The notes beneath the pieces were generated by a model, which was not told where the DNA came from, ran no database searches, and was given only the letters and a program-made list of their open reading frames with translations. From Octopus sinensis (Eukaryota), in NCBI RefSeq assembly GCF_006345805.1, contig NC_043002.1:83700001-83764000 (forward strand): 64,000 bases of DNA, written 5' to 3'. A program made the position numbers and the translations under genes. This document shows, piece after piece, positions 12,542-27,098 of this stretch (position 1 is the stretch's first letter; each line of letters opens with the position of its first letter).

Positions 12542-13660
12542 ATATGCATGGAATACAACACATTCACCTATCACAAATACATCAAAATGGATTAGTCGAA
12601 AGTGCATTGATCGAAAGTATGTTGGCCGAAGTCAAATTATTCAAAGGGCATGCTAGTAGAAAAACAATATGACTGAAAAATGAATTGCTCGAAAAACATT
12701 CAAACGTAATGTCATTTATTTTTTTTAAAAAACAACCAATTCTAATTTTAAAATATGGACAAATTATTTTATTAACGAAATATATTTTCGTGTGTGTGTG
12801 TGTGTGTGTTCGTTATATTATGTTTAACGTCCAACACAGGATATGCATTTGAATGTTCTAACTTCTTTACTGGCAGTAATAATAATAAAGATTCCTAAGA
12901 GAGGCTAACAACCACCTTTTCTAGAATCACAACCTCTATGGTTGGAGTATAATCGTTTAGATCTGCCTAGTAATTTGATATAAACAGAATTAATACAGAG
13001 GACGGAAATTTCGTCTATTACAATTCCAAGGTCGATAAAGTATGTTTTTAGTTCATTGGAATAGAATATTTCCTAACAGCCTCAAGAAGGTCATAATATA
13101 ATGACTGAGACTTGAGGGGAGAATACATTTATGTATATGTGCATATGTCTTTTTCTTACATTTTTTCATTAGTATCCGTTTTAGAAGATGGGAGTCGGTT
13201 CCTATGAAAGAGACAAACTGCATCCTTGGAGTCTGAATAACAACAATAATTGTCACAAAGTCTTGGATATTTTTGCTGTTCAAATTACAGATTGTGTCTG
13301 TAAAGTTCGTGTTAGCCGGGTCTTTCTTTTGCTTTTAAATTCTAGCTTCTCCAACTTCTCCAAATCGTCGCTTAGACAGTTATTAACACAACGGAATGCA
13401 TCAACGGTTATTGGTATGAATGTAGAACGTAGAGGCTGGTTTCAAAGTAACTGTCCATAAATATTCTCCTCATTGATTTTGGAAGAAATACTTACAACTG
13501 CTACGTAACTAAAATCTATGACTGTACATGAATTCTCTTTTCCATCCCAAATAACTGTCAGGTCTTTTAAGTTTGCACTTGGTAGACGTTTCGATGAGAA
13601 TGACCCAATAATATTCCTTGGGCTGATTATGTATGTATGTATGTATGTATGTATGTATGT

Positions 13661-13948
13661 GTTCCTTCTCGAGCCACGCCTGGCTCATTAGAGCCGGTTT
13701 CCCGGTTTCCTTGGCGTATAGGTTCCCCACCTGGACGGGATGCCGGTCCGTCGCAGGTGAGCTGCAAGATGCAGGAGGAAAGAGGAGTGAGAGAAAGTTG
13801 TGACGAAAGAGTCAGCAGAAGTTCGCCATTACCTTCTGTCGGAGCCGCGTGGAGCTTAGGTGTTTCGCTCATAAACACACACATCGCCCGGTATGAGATT
13901 CGAACCCACGAGTCCGCTGCTCAAACCACTAAGCCATGTGCCTCCACA
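13661..13948 (-). mobile_element. tRNA-headed SINE in (ATGT)n
   Basis: Minus strand TGTGGAGGCACATGGCTTAGTGG...GGGTTCGAATCTC; related copy at about 19800-19997. Confidence 0.75.
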
Positions 13949-14139
13949 TATATGTATGTATGCATGCATGTATGTTTGTTTGTATGTATGTATGTATGAA
14001 TGTATGCATGTATGCATGCATGTATGTATGTATGTTTGTATGTATGTATGTATGAATGTATGCATGTATGCATGCATGCATGTATGTATGTATGCATGTA
14101 TGTATGTATGTATGTATCTATGTATCTATGTATTTCACC

Positions 14140-14357
14140 ATGCTCCAGTCCACTCAGCTGGCAAAAATTGAGTTGTACCTGTATTTCAAAGGGCCGGCCT
14201 TGTCACACTTTGTGTCACGCTGATTCTCCCCGAGAACTACTTTATGGGTACACGTGTCTGTGGATTGCTCAGTCACTTGCACGTTAATTTCGCGAGCAAG
14301 CTGTTCCGTTGATCGTATCAGCTGGGACCCTCGTCGTCGTAACCGACGGAGTGCTCC
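14140..14357 (+). mobile_element. SINE body / 3' part
   Basis: Reverse complement of 19610-19790; related remnants at about 35640-35785 and 55290-55420. Confidence 0.7.
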
Positions 14358-14364
14358 TATTCCA

Positions 14365-14900
14365 CAACGGAACTGTTTATACTTATCCCAGAGCAGTCTT
14401 TTTCCTACGGATGGCATTGTATGTTGTTTTAACAGCATCATGTCGCAGTGAGCGGTAGTAACTCGATCATATTGTTGGACAGCAGCTGATTATATGTGTT
14501 ATGTTTTCCACCGAAGCCACATAATCAACATCTGCGGTTGCATCATGGGATTTTAATGGCTTCGCTGTTCCGTTTGTTCATGAAACATTTACGATTGTAA
14601 AAGCATAGACTTCAAGTTGCGACATGATGACGTGGTCTTGAGTCCAATAGCGGTCTACACTTCATGTTAATATTGTAATTCTTTTCTAGTTTAGGGAAAG
14701 CATATCCATGCATAAGTTTTTTGTAGTGTGCAGAGACTTTCTTTTCAAAGTCTTTGCTGCGACATGCAAGCCCTGCTCTTTGGGTTTGTATGAGAGGCCA
14801 AAAAGAAGTGAACTCCCTTGGAGAATTCACTGTCAACATGCAGGATGTTGTTCACTTGATTCTTTAGCTTTCGAAAGCTTGACGATACCTGCTTAGAGGC
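14365..14900 (-). mobile_element. Decayed R4/Dong-like non-LTR retrotransposon fragment (restriction-like endonuclease type)
   Basis: Minus-strand translation RC*LCGF..ENITHIISCCP..SSYYRSLRHDAV (CCHC knuckle plus RHD motif), and KLMHGY further upstream. Confidence 0.55.
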
Positions 14901-14904
14901 CTAC

Positions 14905-15521
14905 GCAAAGTTTTTTAAAAGTTTTCATCGTTCTCGACACAATCAAGGAGATCTTGTGCAATTGAAACCCGAGTGTCTTTTTGGTCAGCTGAAAGCAGTA
15001 TGGGCAGAAACTAGGTAGACACGTGTCTCATACCCAAATCTTCGTTGATAATGGACTGAAATGAACCGTAACTAATCTGCACATCCTCTGATGACTCACT
15101 GATGGTGATTCGACGATTTCCTGTCACAGCTGCAAGCACACCTGTAATGTTTTTCTCAGTTCTGCTGGTTGCATGTCTCCCAGAATGTTAGTCAATATCG
15201 ACATTTTTCGGCCACTTTGGAAACGTATGAACCACTCGTACACTTGTGTGCGGCTCATAAACGCCTCTCCATATACTTTCTGCAGCTTTGCATAGGCCAC
15301 TGAGCAGGTATCGCCATGACAACTTTCTCTGTCACGGCCAATGCGACGATCACACGCAACCCACCTTCATACTAAGCACTGCTGTAAACAGTGGAAGTGA
15401 GCTAGAGCGTTAAAATTTAGTGCACATGCACGGAAGAGTTCAAGGTCAATCTTTGCCAAGCAGCTTTACTCTGCTTGCTTCAGCTTCATTACTACGGCAA
15501 CAGTCCGGATACTTATTCATC
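14905..15521 (-). mobile_element. Truncated mariner element, inverted relative of 5824-6465
   Basis: About 15040-15521 is the reverse complement of about 5830-6330; extends into LLSADQKDTRVSIAQDLL transposase sequence. Confidence 0.85.
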
Positions 15522-15689
15522 ATATATATATATATATATAATTATATATGTATTGTATAAAACTTACGCATCCTCTTCCAAATAAGTTTTATCTTAATAG
15601 TTCTGATGTGCACACTATATATCTTTTTACTCTTTCGTTTTTCTTTCCCTTATTCTTTTACCTCCTCTTCTCCAATTATTCTATGCTAT

Positions 15690-16195
15690 TACTCTCTCAC
15701 TCTCTCTCTCCCTCATTCCTCCTCCCTTGATCACCTGCCTCCCACGTGATCATCGGTCATCTTTCTTTCTTATCCTAACTTGTGTTTCTTTCTTTCTCTC
15801 CGTTGTAGGTGGAACAAGGAAGACGTGTTCTTGTCTGTCTCCTGTCAAAGTTTGATTTACGCGTTCGCTATCAAAACATCGTTTAGGCTTAGCAGCCCCT
15901 CCTGTTAGTTTTTATTGTCCTGTTTGTGTTACCAATTTTGACCCCCGGCAAAATCCCAAATGTTATTTAATTTGCTTTGCGGGAGCAACTGTTTTATCGA
16001 AAGCGTGTATTGTTGTTACATAGTCGAAATACGAGAGTAGAAAAACAGTCAACAACTGATGAAGGTCGTACTATATGTTGTTTGTTTTGTTTCCTATTTG
16101 TTTCTTTCGTTGTTCGAAAAATAATAGTTCATATTCCATGTACTCGTACTTCGTATTTTTTGTTGTACACGTTCGTGACGTCATGTGCCCACATA

Positions 16196-16284
<89 letters not shown>

Positions 16285-16390
16285 TGTATGTATATATATA
16301 AATATGTACATATACGTATGTATGTATGCATATATATATATATATACGTATAGATGTAAATATGTACATATACGTATGTATATATGCATA
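15690..16390 (+). repeat. PLE pseudo-LTR-like repeat, same family as 5020-5668
   Basis: Shared GTCCTGTTT.TGTTACCA.TTTT.ACCCC...TTATTTAATTTGCTTT..GCGGGA block and CGAAA...CTGA(T/A)GAAGG motifs. Confidence 0.55.
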
Positions 16391-16395
16391 TATAT

Positions 16396-16432
<37 letters not shown>

Positions 16433-16919
16433 GCGTGTGTGTCGTACCATGTCCAGTAATGTTAAGGGCAATGTCAGGTGATGCAAAAACCACTGACTTA
16501 TTACACCAGACACGAAAGTCAAACTAACTTCGTTGTAACATTATACCAACCTGTGTCTGTCTGTACGATAAGACTGATAACTAACAACTCTGAATATAGT
16601 AATTGGTTAACTAAAGTCTCGTAGAAACACAGACCTATTATGGTGTTTATTATTATCATTAGCACATATTTCTTTTAGCAAATCTAAAGAACGTGCTTTG
16701 AATGTGATATCGAGTGTTTGTAAGCGAGGTGAGTTTCAAAAGCTTGAACAGTGACTTGATTGCAATATATAAAGAAACAGACAACGGGTAACATGGAAAC
16801 AAAATGAAAGAAATGTAGTAAGATTTTAAGAAAAGAGTAAAAAAAAAAAATTGAACTTGGGTATATTGATATGTAATAGAGATGTTCTACGATAGAGTAG
16901 AAAGACAGCAGAAGAGAAT

Positions 16920-17912
<993 letters not shown>

Positions 17913-18195
17913 TAGATAGATTCTTCTGTGTTTAATCTTTAGTGTTTCGTATATATCGTTCACGTTTGTTTTGTTATTCAAGAATAGCCACAAACTAATA
18001 CTGTTTTGTTGTTACTTTTAAAGTAAACACTAAGCGTGACTCACAGATCGAGTGTTGATAGGTGCAAGAAAAACTGTTGGGAAAATAACAAAAGAAATAG
18101 CTTTAATAGGAAAATATTCATATGGAAATTATAAAACGTCACATATATGTACGTGTGTATGTATATATACATAGATACAAACAAACACACACACG

Positions 18196-18229
<34 letters not shown>

Positions 18230-18480
18230 CATACATACATATGTATGTATATATATATATATACATACATAAGTATACATACATATATATATATATAATA
18301 TATATACATATATGCATATACATATGCATATATACATGCATATATATATATACATACATATATATATATACATATATGCATATACATATGCATATACATA
18401 TGCATATATACATGCATATATATATATACATACATACATATGTATGTATATATATATATATACACATGCATATATATACA

Positions 18481-18678
18481 TGTAACCTCATGTGAATCGT
18501 TGGCGATTTTCTTCCTCCATCTTCCCTTCTATTGGACTTTCCTGTTTCCGAAGAAGAGCGTCTGCTCGAAACGTTAAACTATCTTTCTTTCCTTTTCTGA
18601 GCGTCTGCTAATACAATCCATGTACCACGTCCTCGCGTTGTTATGTTTTTTTTTCGTATTTTTCTTCTTTTTTGGATC

Positions 18679-18680
<2 letters not shown>
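18481..18680 (+). mobile_element. About 200-bp non-coding hammerhead-bearing element in (TA)n
   Basis: Homologous to the reverse complement of 38229-38415; contains GTTT-CCGAAGA-A-GAGC(GTCT)GCTC-GAAAC-GTT-AAAC at 18544-18579. Confidence 0.7.
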
Positions 18681-18766
<86 letters not shown>

Positions 18767-18836
18767 TGCATATACATATGCATATACATATGCATATATA
18801 CATGCATATATATACATATGCATACATACATATGCG

Positions 18837-19463
18837 CAGGGTGCGATGAATAAATTGTCGTGTAAATTACGCAAACATGTCTCATTTTAACAAATATACT
18901 TACCAAATTTACATAAAAATATCTTGAAATACCAAACAGTAAATTTATTCAATAAAATCGCCATTGGCTTCAACTACGGCCTCCAGACGACTTCGGAATC
19001 TCTTGCAACTCTCTGGGCGGTCTCTTTGTTTAAGTTAGTGAATGCTGCCATAATCTTTGCTTTCAATTCATCTCTGATGTTACAAGGAGTTTTGTTGGTC
19101 TCTCGCTCAGCTGCGCCCCACACATAATAACCATGGAGGTTGTTTTCTGGGGAATTAGGTGGCCAGATGTTTGGTGTGATGTGGTCGCAGAAATTTCTGA
19201 CAGCCATGCTTGGGTACTCCTGCTTGTGTGGCATGGTGCAGGATCGTGTTGCCAGACATAGAGTCTTCCAGCACACACCCTTTTGACCCAGGGCAGCACT
19301 ACCTTCTCCAGGCACTTGATGTTGGCCTCCGTGTTGAGTCTATGGCCGTGCGGAAAGATGAAGGGAGACATAACGTCGACATCACTAGTGATTACTCCAG
19401 GCAAACAATGCGCATGCGTGAAACAAAAATATAAAATGGTGACAGTTTACCCATCGCACCCTA
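18837..19463 (-). mobile_element. Internally deleted Tc1/mariner element, DD37D/maT-like
   Basis: TIRs CAGGGTGCGATGAATAAATTGTC and GACAGTTTACCCATCGCACCCT; frameshifted WQHDPAPCHTS..TQAWLS / WPPNSP..YYVWG catalytic region. Confidence 0.85.
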
Positions 19464-19609
19464 TATGTATGTATGTATGTATGTATGTATGCTTGTATGT
19501 ATGTATGTATGTGTGCGTATGCATATATATATATGCATATGTGTGTATGTATATATTTGCATGTGTGTGTATGTATATATAAGCATATATATATAAACAT
19601 ATACATACG

Positions 19610-19997
19610 TGGCACTCCGTCGGTTACGACGGTGAGGGTTCCAGTTGATCCGATCAACGTAACAGCCGGCTTGTGAAATTAACGTGAAAGTGGCTGAGCA
19701 CTCCACAAACACGTGTACCCTTAACGTAGTTCTCAAGCAGATTCAGCGGGACACAGAGTGTGACAAGGCTGGCCCTTCGAATTACACGTACAGCAGAAAC
19801 AGGGAAAAATAGTGAGAGAAAGTTGTGGTAAAAGAGAACAGTGGGGTTCGTTCGCCACCACCTCCTGCCAGAGCCTCGTGGAGCTTTAGGTATTTTTGCT
19901 CAATAAACGCTCACAGCGCCCCGGTCTGGGAATCGAAACCGCGATCCTACGACCGCGAGTCCGCTACCCTAACCGTTGGGCGATTGCACCTCCACAC
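19610..19997 (-). mobile_element. Composite tRNA-headed SINE
   Basis: Head TGTGGAGGTGCAATCGCCCAACGGTTAGGG...GGTTTCGATTCCC on the minus strand, joined to a body matching 14140-14357. Confidence 0.7.
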
Positions 19998-20052
19998 ATA
20001 TACATATGAGTATACAGACACATATATACAAATGTATACAAACATATATATG

Positions 20053-20084
<32 letters not shown>

Positions 20085-20106
20085 TGTATGTATGTATGTA
20101 TGTATG

Positions 20107-20155
<49 letters not shown>

Positions 20156-21649
20156 GAAGTTATTGTATGAGTGTTTTTGTGTGTAATATATTTATCACAG
20201 GTATGTGCATACATGTTTATTGTGTGTGTATTACTCTGTTTGTATCTGTTTTTTTCTTATTTTTATCTCTCTTCTCCTCCCTTCTGTCTTTATTCGTCAT
20301 GTGTGGTGTATTGGTGGGCGTCATTGTTCCATTCGTGTTTTCTATTGAGGCTCGGTCTGTCTATTAGTATATGTGTAGTCTCTGTGATCTAAGTGTTGTG
20401 TCAGTTCTATGCGTCAATAATACCTTAACCTCTATGTTCTGCATGAACATGTTGGTAGAGCACTGACGATCCTTTCTCGTGTTTGAGCTCTCGCCAGTGG
20501 TCACCTGTATATTCCCTTATGCTGCGAGCAGTCTCTACGTTGTAAGTAATTGTTATGTTTCTGTCTCGTCCCTCAGAACATCGTAAGCTATACACTATAT
20601 TCTTAACCTTACAGTTAACCCGTGGGTTTCATCCTACATACAATGCAATTGTTTTCTGTAAATGGGAACTTATCAAAGGGCTAAGTTCTACAGATCAGGG
20701 ATGGATTTTATAAAAACCACTAGGCCTTTCTACTACTTTAATCTGTAGATTAGCCTTACTTTATGTTTAGCTAAAAAGGTATGCTGGTTTGCCACTGGGG
20801 GTAGCATCAATGAACATGATATTCTGGTTGTCATACCATGGGTTGGTCTTATCTATCTTATTTCTGGTCCTTTCTGTGCTGTTCTATGATTTACTCCTGT
20901 ATAGCAGACAGAAATGCTCGCATAAATGTATATATATCATGTTTATACATATATTTTATGTATTCATATTACACACACGTACACGTGAGCGCGTGCACAC
21001 ACACATGCACACATATGCAGATCTCAAAGGATGCATATATGTTGTGCAACTCTGTGTGTGTGTGTCTTCACAAACACACACGTGTATCACACACACATCT
21101 ACATATAAGTATACACATTACACATATATGGATATGTATTACATGTACATACATGTCTTGTATATGCGCACATATCATTGCAACTACGTGTGTATGTGTA
21201 TGTGTGTATGTGTGTGTGAGTTTGTGTGTGTATGTGTGTGTGGTCTCCTTATGAAAAACAAAACATTGTGAATGAGAAATGAAGTACTCTTTAGGTTAAT
21301 CATACAAAAACGAGAAAATAAAGAAATAAAGAAGGAAATTGAAAAAAAATGCTTTGAAATACAGACCTTGATTATTGATATCGCATTAAAGAACTCAATG
21401 TATATTCGCACTAGAGAAAATAATTCCATAAAAAATGTCCAAATATGGCTAGTCTCAGGTTTCCAATTCACCCCAAGCTTAGGTTTTCGTGCCATATGTA
21501 TCGAACAAAAATTAAGCTCATGTTACCTGCAGCATTGCCACACATTTTTTATACCTTTCTTTATCAAATAACAAAATGAAATTTGAAAAGAAATTTTTTT
21601 TTATTAAAACTTAAGCGGTACCTGGAGAAATCGCTGCTGGAAATATTTG

Positions 21650-21862
21650 TTTCAAATTTTGGGACAAGGCCAGCGGTTTTGGTGGAGGTGTTAAGTCGAT
21701 TAAATCGACCCCAATGCTCAACTGGTATTTATATTCGTCGATCACGAATGGATGAAAGACAAAGTCAGTCCCAGCAGAATTTGAACTCAGAACGTAAAGA
21801 TGGACGAGATGCCACTAAGCATTTTGCCCGGTCTCCTAACGATTCTGCCAACTCGCCGCCTT
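21650..21862 (-). mobile_element. SINE type B, diverged
   Basis: GAATTTGAACTCAGAACGTAAAG...AACGATTCTGCCAACTCGCCGCC. Confidence 0.75.
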
Positions 21863-23640
21863 TCCTACAGAAAATATTTAACAATCAGTCCATCAGCACC
21901 CGTGTGCATTTCGATCAATAACTATTCCCTGTTTTACTGAGTCATGGTGTCTCCAAAATATGACTTAAAGCTTCATCTGGTATTGCTGTTAAACATGGTC
22001 TGGGATCGTAATGGCCTCAACCTGTAAGCAGTTACTTGCGTTTTTAAGATTCCAAGATCTATTGTTGGGGTTTGTGTCGTATGTGTCGAGTTAGTTTGCG
22101 ATTGTTAGAGAAGATTTTACGAAACTATTTTTTCCTTTCTCAGGTTTATCTCTTTATGAAACTTTTACTTCACACTGAAAGCGCTCAATAAGCAATATAA
22201 AATTAAAATAATTAGAGCTACAGCCATATCTTATGTGAATAAAATAGAACTGAAAGGGGGAATCTTAAATATATCATAAAAGACACGTTTTTATTAAATA
22301 CACAAACACACATACGCGTGTCTGTGAGTCTGTATGTCTTTCTGTATATATTGCCTCAAATCTGTAACACCAAAAGGTAATATTTATCACCCACTAAAAG
22401 TGGAGGTTGTGTTAGAACACAGAATACTGCGTAATTTTTAATGAAAGAACTTCTTGTGTGGACTTGTGGTGCATTAAGCACTCATGTATTTATCGTTGGC
22501 AGGCGATAATCGTTCGCCGTGGCCGCTGGAACTACCGAATCATGTTATTTCGGCCTTCCTCGGCCTTGTCAGTGGCAGACATCCAACTAGACACAGTATC
22601 CGATACCCTGGTCAGGGATATATAGAATCTCTGTGTTTATCCAGGCACTAGTGTCGTAAATAGCTGGTGGACTTATTAAGAAATAACTAACATAATATAG
22701 ATTAAAAGTAGTATGGAGAAATAAAACGAGTGAATTTTCATGGTACGATTTTCTCTGTATACTACCGGCTTATCACAGGTCTGCACAAAGCGAAATAAAC
22801 CGTAGAAAAGGACGAAACCAATGTAATATACGTACGGACATATATTACATATATTGTCTTTCTGAAGTTGTTTAAATACCTTTAAGTGCTTACCCGTACA
22901 CACACGGGCGTGTGTGTGTGTTTGTAAAATAATAACTTTAAACTAAGACATAAGGCCGAGAAAAGCTATATTTTAATCTCCATACTGATTTCAAATGTCG
23001 TTCAGACAAAGATAGCTTTCGGCTACCTAAGGTATATATCAGATTACCCAAGGTATATCGCATTACTGTCTCTTGTAAATATTACCTTGGAACTTTTCTT
23101 TCATTTCATTTTATTTTATTTCATATTTTTTCTATATACAATCAGTCGATTGGTAAAAATGATAAAACGTCAGATAAAATACTTTACAAAATTTTCTTCC
23201 TTGTACTTTCTGAGTTCAATAAGGTCATTTTCATATTAGGAGTAAATAAAACCAGTTCACATAATATACTAAGTAGTATAAAATGTTGTTTAGTTTGCTT
23301 GTTTACTATTTTCCCTGTTGGTATATCGATTTCCAATTAGCTTTATTTAATAATCTTATCTTTTTGATAGAAGGTTTTTCTGTACGATTTAATTGCTACA
23401 CACGTTTCTATTTTCATACGGCAACAAATATAGAAACATTTACACATTTATTTTGTGATTCATTCATTATTACTTCGCTAAGTAACATGGAAGCGATACT
23501 TTGATGACGAAGTCAGAATAACTCTGAAACATGTTTCGAGTTGTCTCTGGTAAATATCACTAAAAATGAAGATAATATTGGTTAGTGATTTATATCATTT
23601 TCTCCCACTGTATGTTTACGTGTGTGTGTGTGTGTGTGTG

Positions 23641-23680
<40 letters not shown>

Positions 23681-23694
23681 TGCGTGTGTGTGTG

Positions 23695-23726
<32 letters not shown>

Positions 23727-24174
23727 CGTGTGTGCGTGTGTATATTTATAGGGGATATTTTTGTTCCTTGCTTTAAATACTAAATATCTTGATATTAAAT
23801 TACATCCACCTTAACGCGGATATATTGTTAGAACGCCGAGTACTGTGGTATTCGCCGTGAGAGGTCCTTTCATACAGGCGCACAGTGCTTAAAAGCAGTC
23901 ACACATGTCGCAGCAGACGAGAATCGTCTGGAATTGGTGCCGGAACTACCAGATCGCGTGATTTCAGCATATTTTGCTTCCTCAGTAATAGGTGCCTGCT
24001 CATTGCATACCTGCCAAGTTTCGCTGCCATCGATATATAGAATAACAACAGCGTCTTTTCAGATACTGATGTCACAATAGACTTGTGCCAATGTAAAATT
24101 AGGTAGGCACGGTAACGCGACGACGATGTGGCTGCAGTTGCTGCAGAAGGTAGTGGTAGTGGCACAGCTACACC

Positions 24175-24215
<41 letters not shown>

Positions 24216-25371
24216 ATGCTGAGGATAATGGTGTGCATGCATGTGTGTGTGTGTGTGCGTGTGTGTCTATCTATCTATGCAAGTTGCTAATGTTTTGGCT
24301 ATATTTTATGTTATTGAAAATATGACAATAATACAATGTCCCTCGTAAGGAGCTGATGACTGCAAAGATTGATAAAGCTGCGGGGGGAAAAAATTGCCTT
24401 TCTTTAATAAGATGTAGTTTGTTTCGAAGTCATTAAGCTTGATTAACACTATGGAGAAGAAAAAAGAACTCTACAGATGAGATGCAAACTATTTTGTCTT
24501 CGCACTACAAAAAAATTCACTTTTTTTTTTCTTCTGGAGAGGGAAGGTATATTTTCCGTTTGAAAACCCTTACTATATTGTAGTATATTAACTCTTTACC
24601 TGTGCAATGCATTTTCAGAAGTTTTCTCCTGAATATCTATGATTGTTTTCAAGCTTTTAGTTAGCTCTTGTTCCATACATTCTAAATAATATAAAGCTTT
24701 CGTTTCTTAAGTCTCAAGTTTCTCGGGTGATTGAAAAAGAATGGGAATGTGAACTATATATTTGATGCATGGATGCCAGAGAAATATGTTCTGTTTATCA
24801 CTTGTGATACACAAGACAAGCAAAAGATTAAGAAAATGTATTCGCACTACTTTTTGTGAGGGTGGTTCTTTTTATTATTATTTTTTTTTCTCTAATTAGA
24901 AAATTTTATATTAACTGCAGTATGAAGTATTTTTAGATTTAAGGAAATAATTTATTTAAACGAATTCTTCAACTCTGTTTGTGCGTTGTTTTGCTGACGC
25001 CTACCATCATCAGGTCCCTCATGTACTGTTTCGAACGAGTTAATCCCATAAAACTTAAAGAAGAGAAAAAAAACTCGGATTAATCAATAGCTTTAATTTG
25101 GTGGTGAGAAGAAATAACTGGTGCAATAACTAATATTATTTTGATCTGATTTTGTCAAGAATGGGTAACAAAGCCAGACGTTTTTTTGTCTTTTAGACCG
25201 CCTCGGCGAAGCAATGGTCTTTTCCATATCTGCCAAATCGATGAAAAGAGAATTACTATTTTTTTTTTGTATGCAACACTGACTCTCAGCTTTTTGTCGC
25301 ACATCTCTACTCCCTTTCACTGAATAACGTTTTACAAATGTCCCATCTAAAGATTTTCAAAACGAAGAAAG

Positions 25372-25997
25372 TGTAGCGTACACTCGAGTGAAATTCCTCA
25401 CCTCTCTATTATATATACATACATACGAACGTAGTAGATAACAGCTAGCCTTTGGCTAGCGTGAAGTTGTGGCTGTGATGCTGCTGCCTGGGTCACTTGG
25501 TACAGGAGTTCTCGCAGGTTGTGTTTTCGTTGTTGATCCATAGTGAAGTAATTCACGAACAGTGCAGTGTTGTAACCAGGGCGAGTTGCTTGTTGAGTTG
25601 TGTACGTAGAGAGATGTTGACGTTAGGACAATGGTGGCACCATTTTATAATGGAATAGAAGGTTTATGATACCTGTGGAGTATCTCCTTCTTCCATTATA
25701 ATTTTTGTGGTCAGTGGCTAGACCTTAAAAGGTCTGGAACCGAAAGACATCGAGATGAGGAGAAGCTGGGTTTTTATAAGGAGTTGTAGGCTCAAAACAG
25801 GCTGTCACACGTGACCTTATTTAGGTGCTTCGATTGGTTATACGCTGCGCATTGGCGCAATTGAGTAAGAGACAAATTGAGCCAATGCCAACCAATCAGA
25901 GTAGTGTACACAACAGGGTTCAAAATGCGGCCAAACGCTAGCTGCTATCTATTACGTTCGTATGTATGTATAGAATTTCACTAGAGTGTACGCTACA
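25372..25997. mobile_element. Non-autonomous TIR transposon (MITE), Ginger/TDD-like
   Basis: TGT...ACA termini; about 70-bp TIRs (TGTAGCGTACACTC(G/T)AGTGAAATTC...CAGCTAGC); 4-bp TSD AAAG at 25368-25371 and 25998-26001. Confidence 0.8.
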
Positions 25998-26698
25998 AAA
26001 GAAAAAAAAAGATTAATTTAATAAAACAAAAGTTAACTGTGGACTGTGGTTTATTTATTGTCCATAGTTTCTGAAACTTTTACCATCCGGCATGTACTCT
26101 TTTCTAGATAACTACTTGGACTTGTGTGCTCAGTGTTTAATCATTCACGGATATTATAGAAGATGAGGATTAATACAACGAACTTATATTGAGCTTTGAC
26201 GCCCACCTGATAGCACAATCATTATTATTCATATTTTCTCTCGACAAAAAAAAAATTTGAAAATATCTTTGTATGTAAGAAACGTACTTGGTTGAAATAT
26301 TTTTGAATCTAAGAAAATTCATGACTCCTCCCTCTAAACACCCAGTTCTTTCGTTGTGCCCTCTTCATATTTCCCGCTTTCTTCTTGTGAGCACACAACG
26401 ACCCACCAAGAAAGTCATCACCAACCGGGCTAAAAACTACTTGTGTGCAATTAGACGCGCTATTCGCACATAAAACAACTATATCACGTAGATAGCATGA
26501 TCTGGGACACATTTACCATGTTTGGCCTAGCCTCTGCACTTACTTCACCTAATATCGCTCATATAAACTCTACTTTTATTGACTGCCTTATCACACAACT
26601 ATCTTTTTAGTATTGTTCTCTTCGCCCACACATCTGTCATAGACGCTTTCAAACACATTGCACGTAGTCAAGTAGTATTGAATCTCTTTTTTTTTTTC

Positions 26699-27098
26699 TC
26701 TCTTTTACTTGTTTCAGTCATTTGACTGCGGCCATGCTGGAGCACCGACTTTAGTCGAGCAAATCGACCCCGGGACTTATTCTTTGTAAGCCCAGTACTT
26801 ATTCTATCGGTCTCTTTTGCCGAACCGCTAAGTGACGGGGACGTAAACACACCAGCATCGGTTGTCAAGCAATGCTAGGGGGACAAACACAGACACACAA
26901 ACACACACACATATATATATATATACATATATACGACGGGCTTCTCTCAGTTTCCGTCTACCAAATCCACTCACAAGGCATTGGTCGGCCCGGGGCTATA
27001 GCAGAAGACACTTGCCCAAGATGCCACGCAGTGGGACTGAACCCGGAACCATGTGGTTGGTTAGCAAGCTACTTACCACACAGCCACTACTGTGCCTA
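26699..27098 (-). mobile_element. Full-length SINE type A, about 400 bp, with internal (CA)/(TA) tract
   Basis: tRNA-like head at the right end, AAACAAGTAAAAGA tail at the left; near-identical to 44149-44523. Confidence 0.9.
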
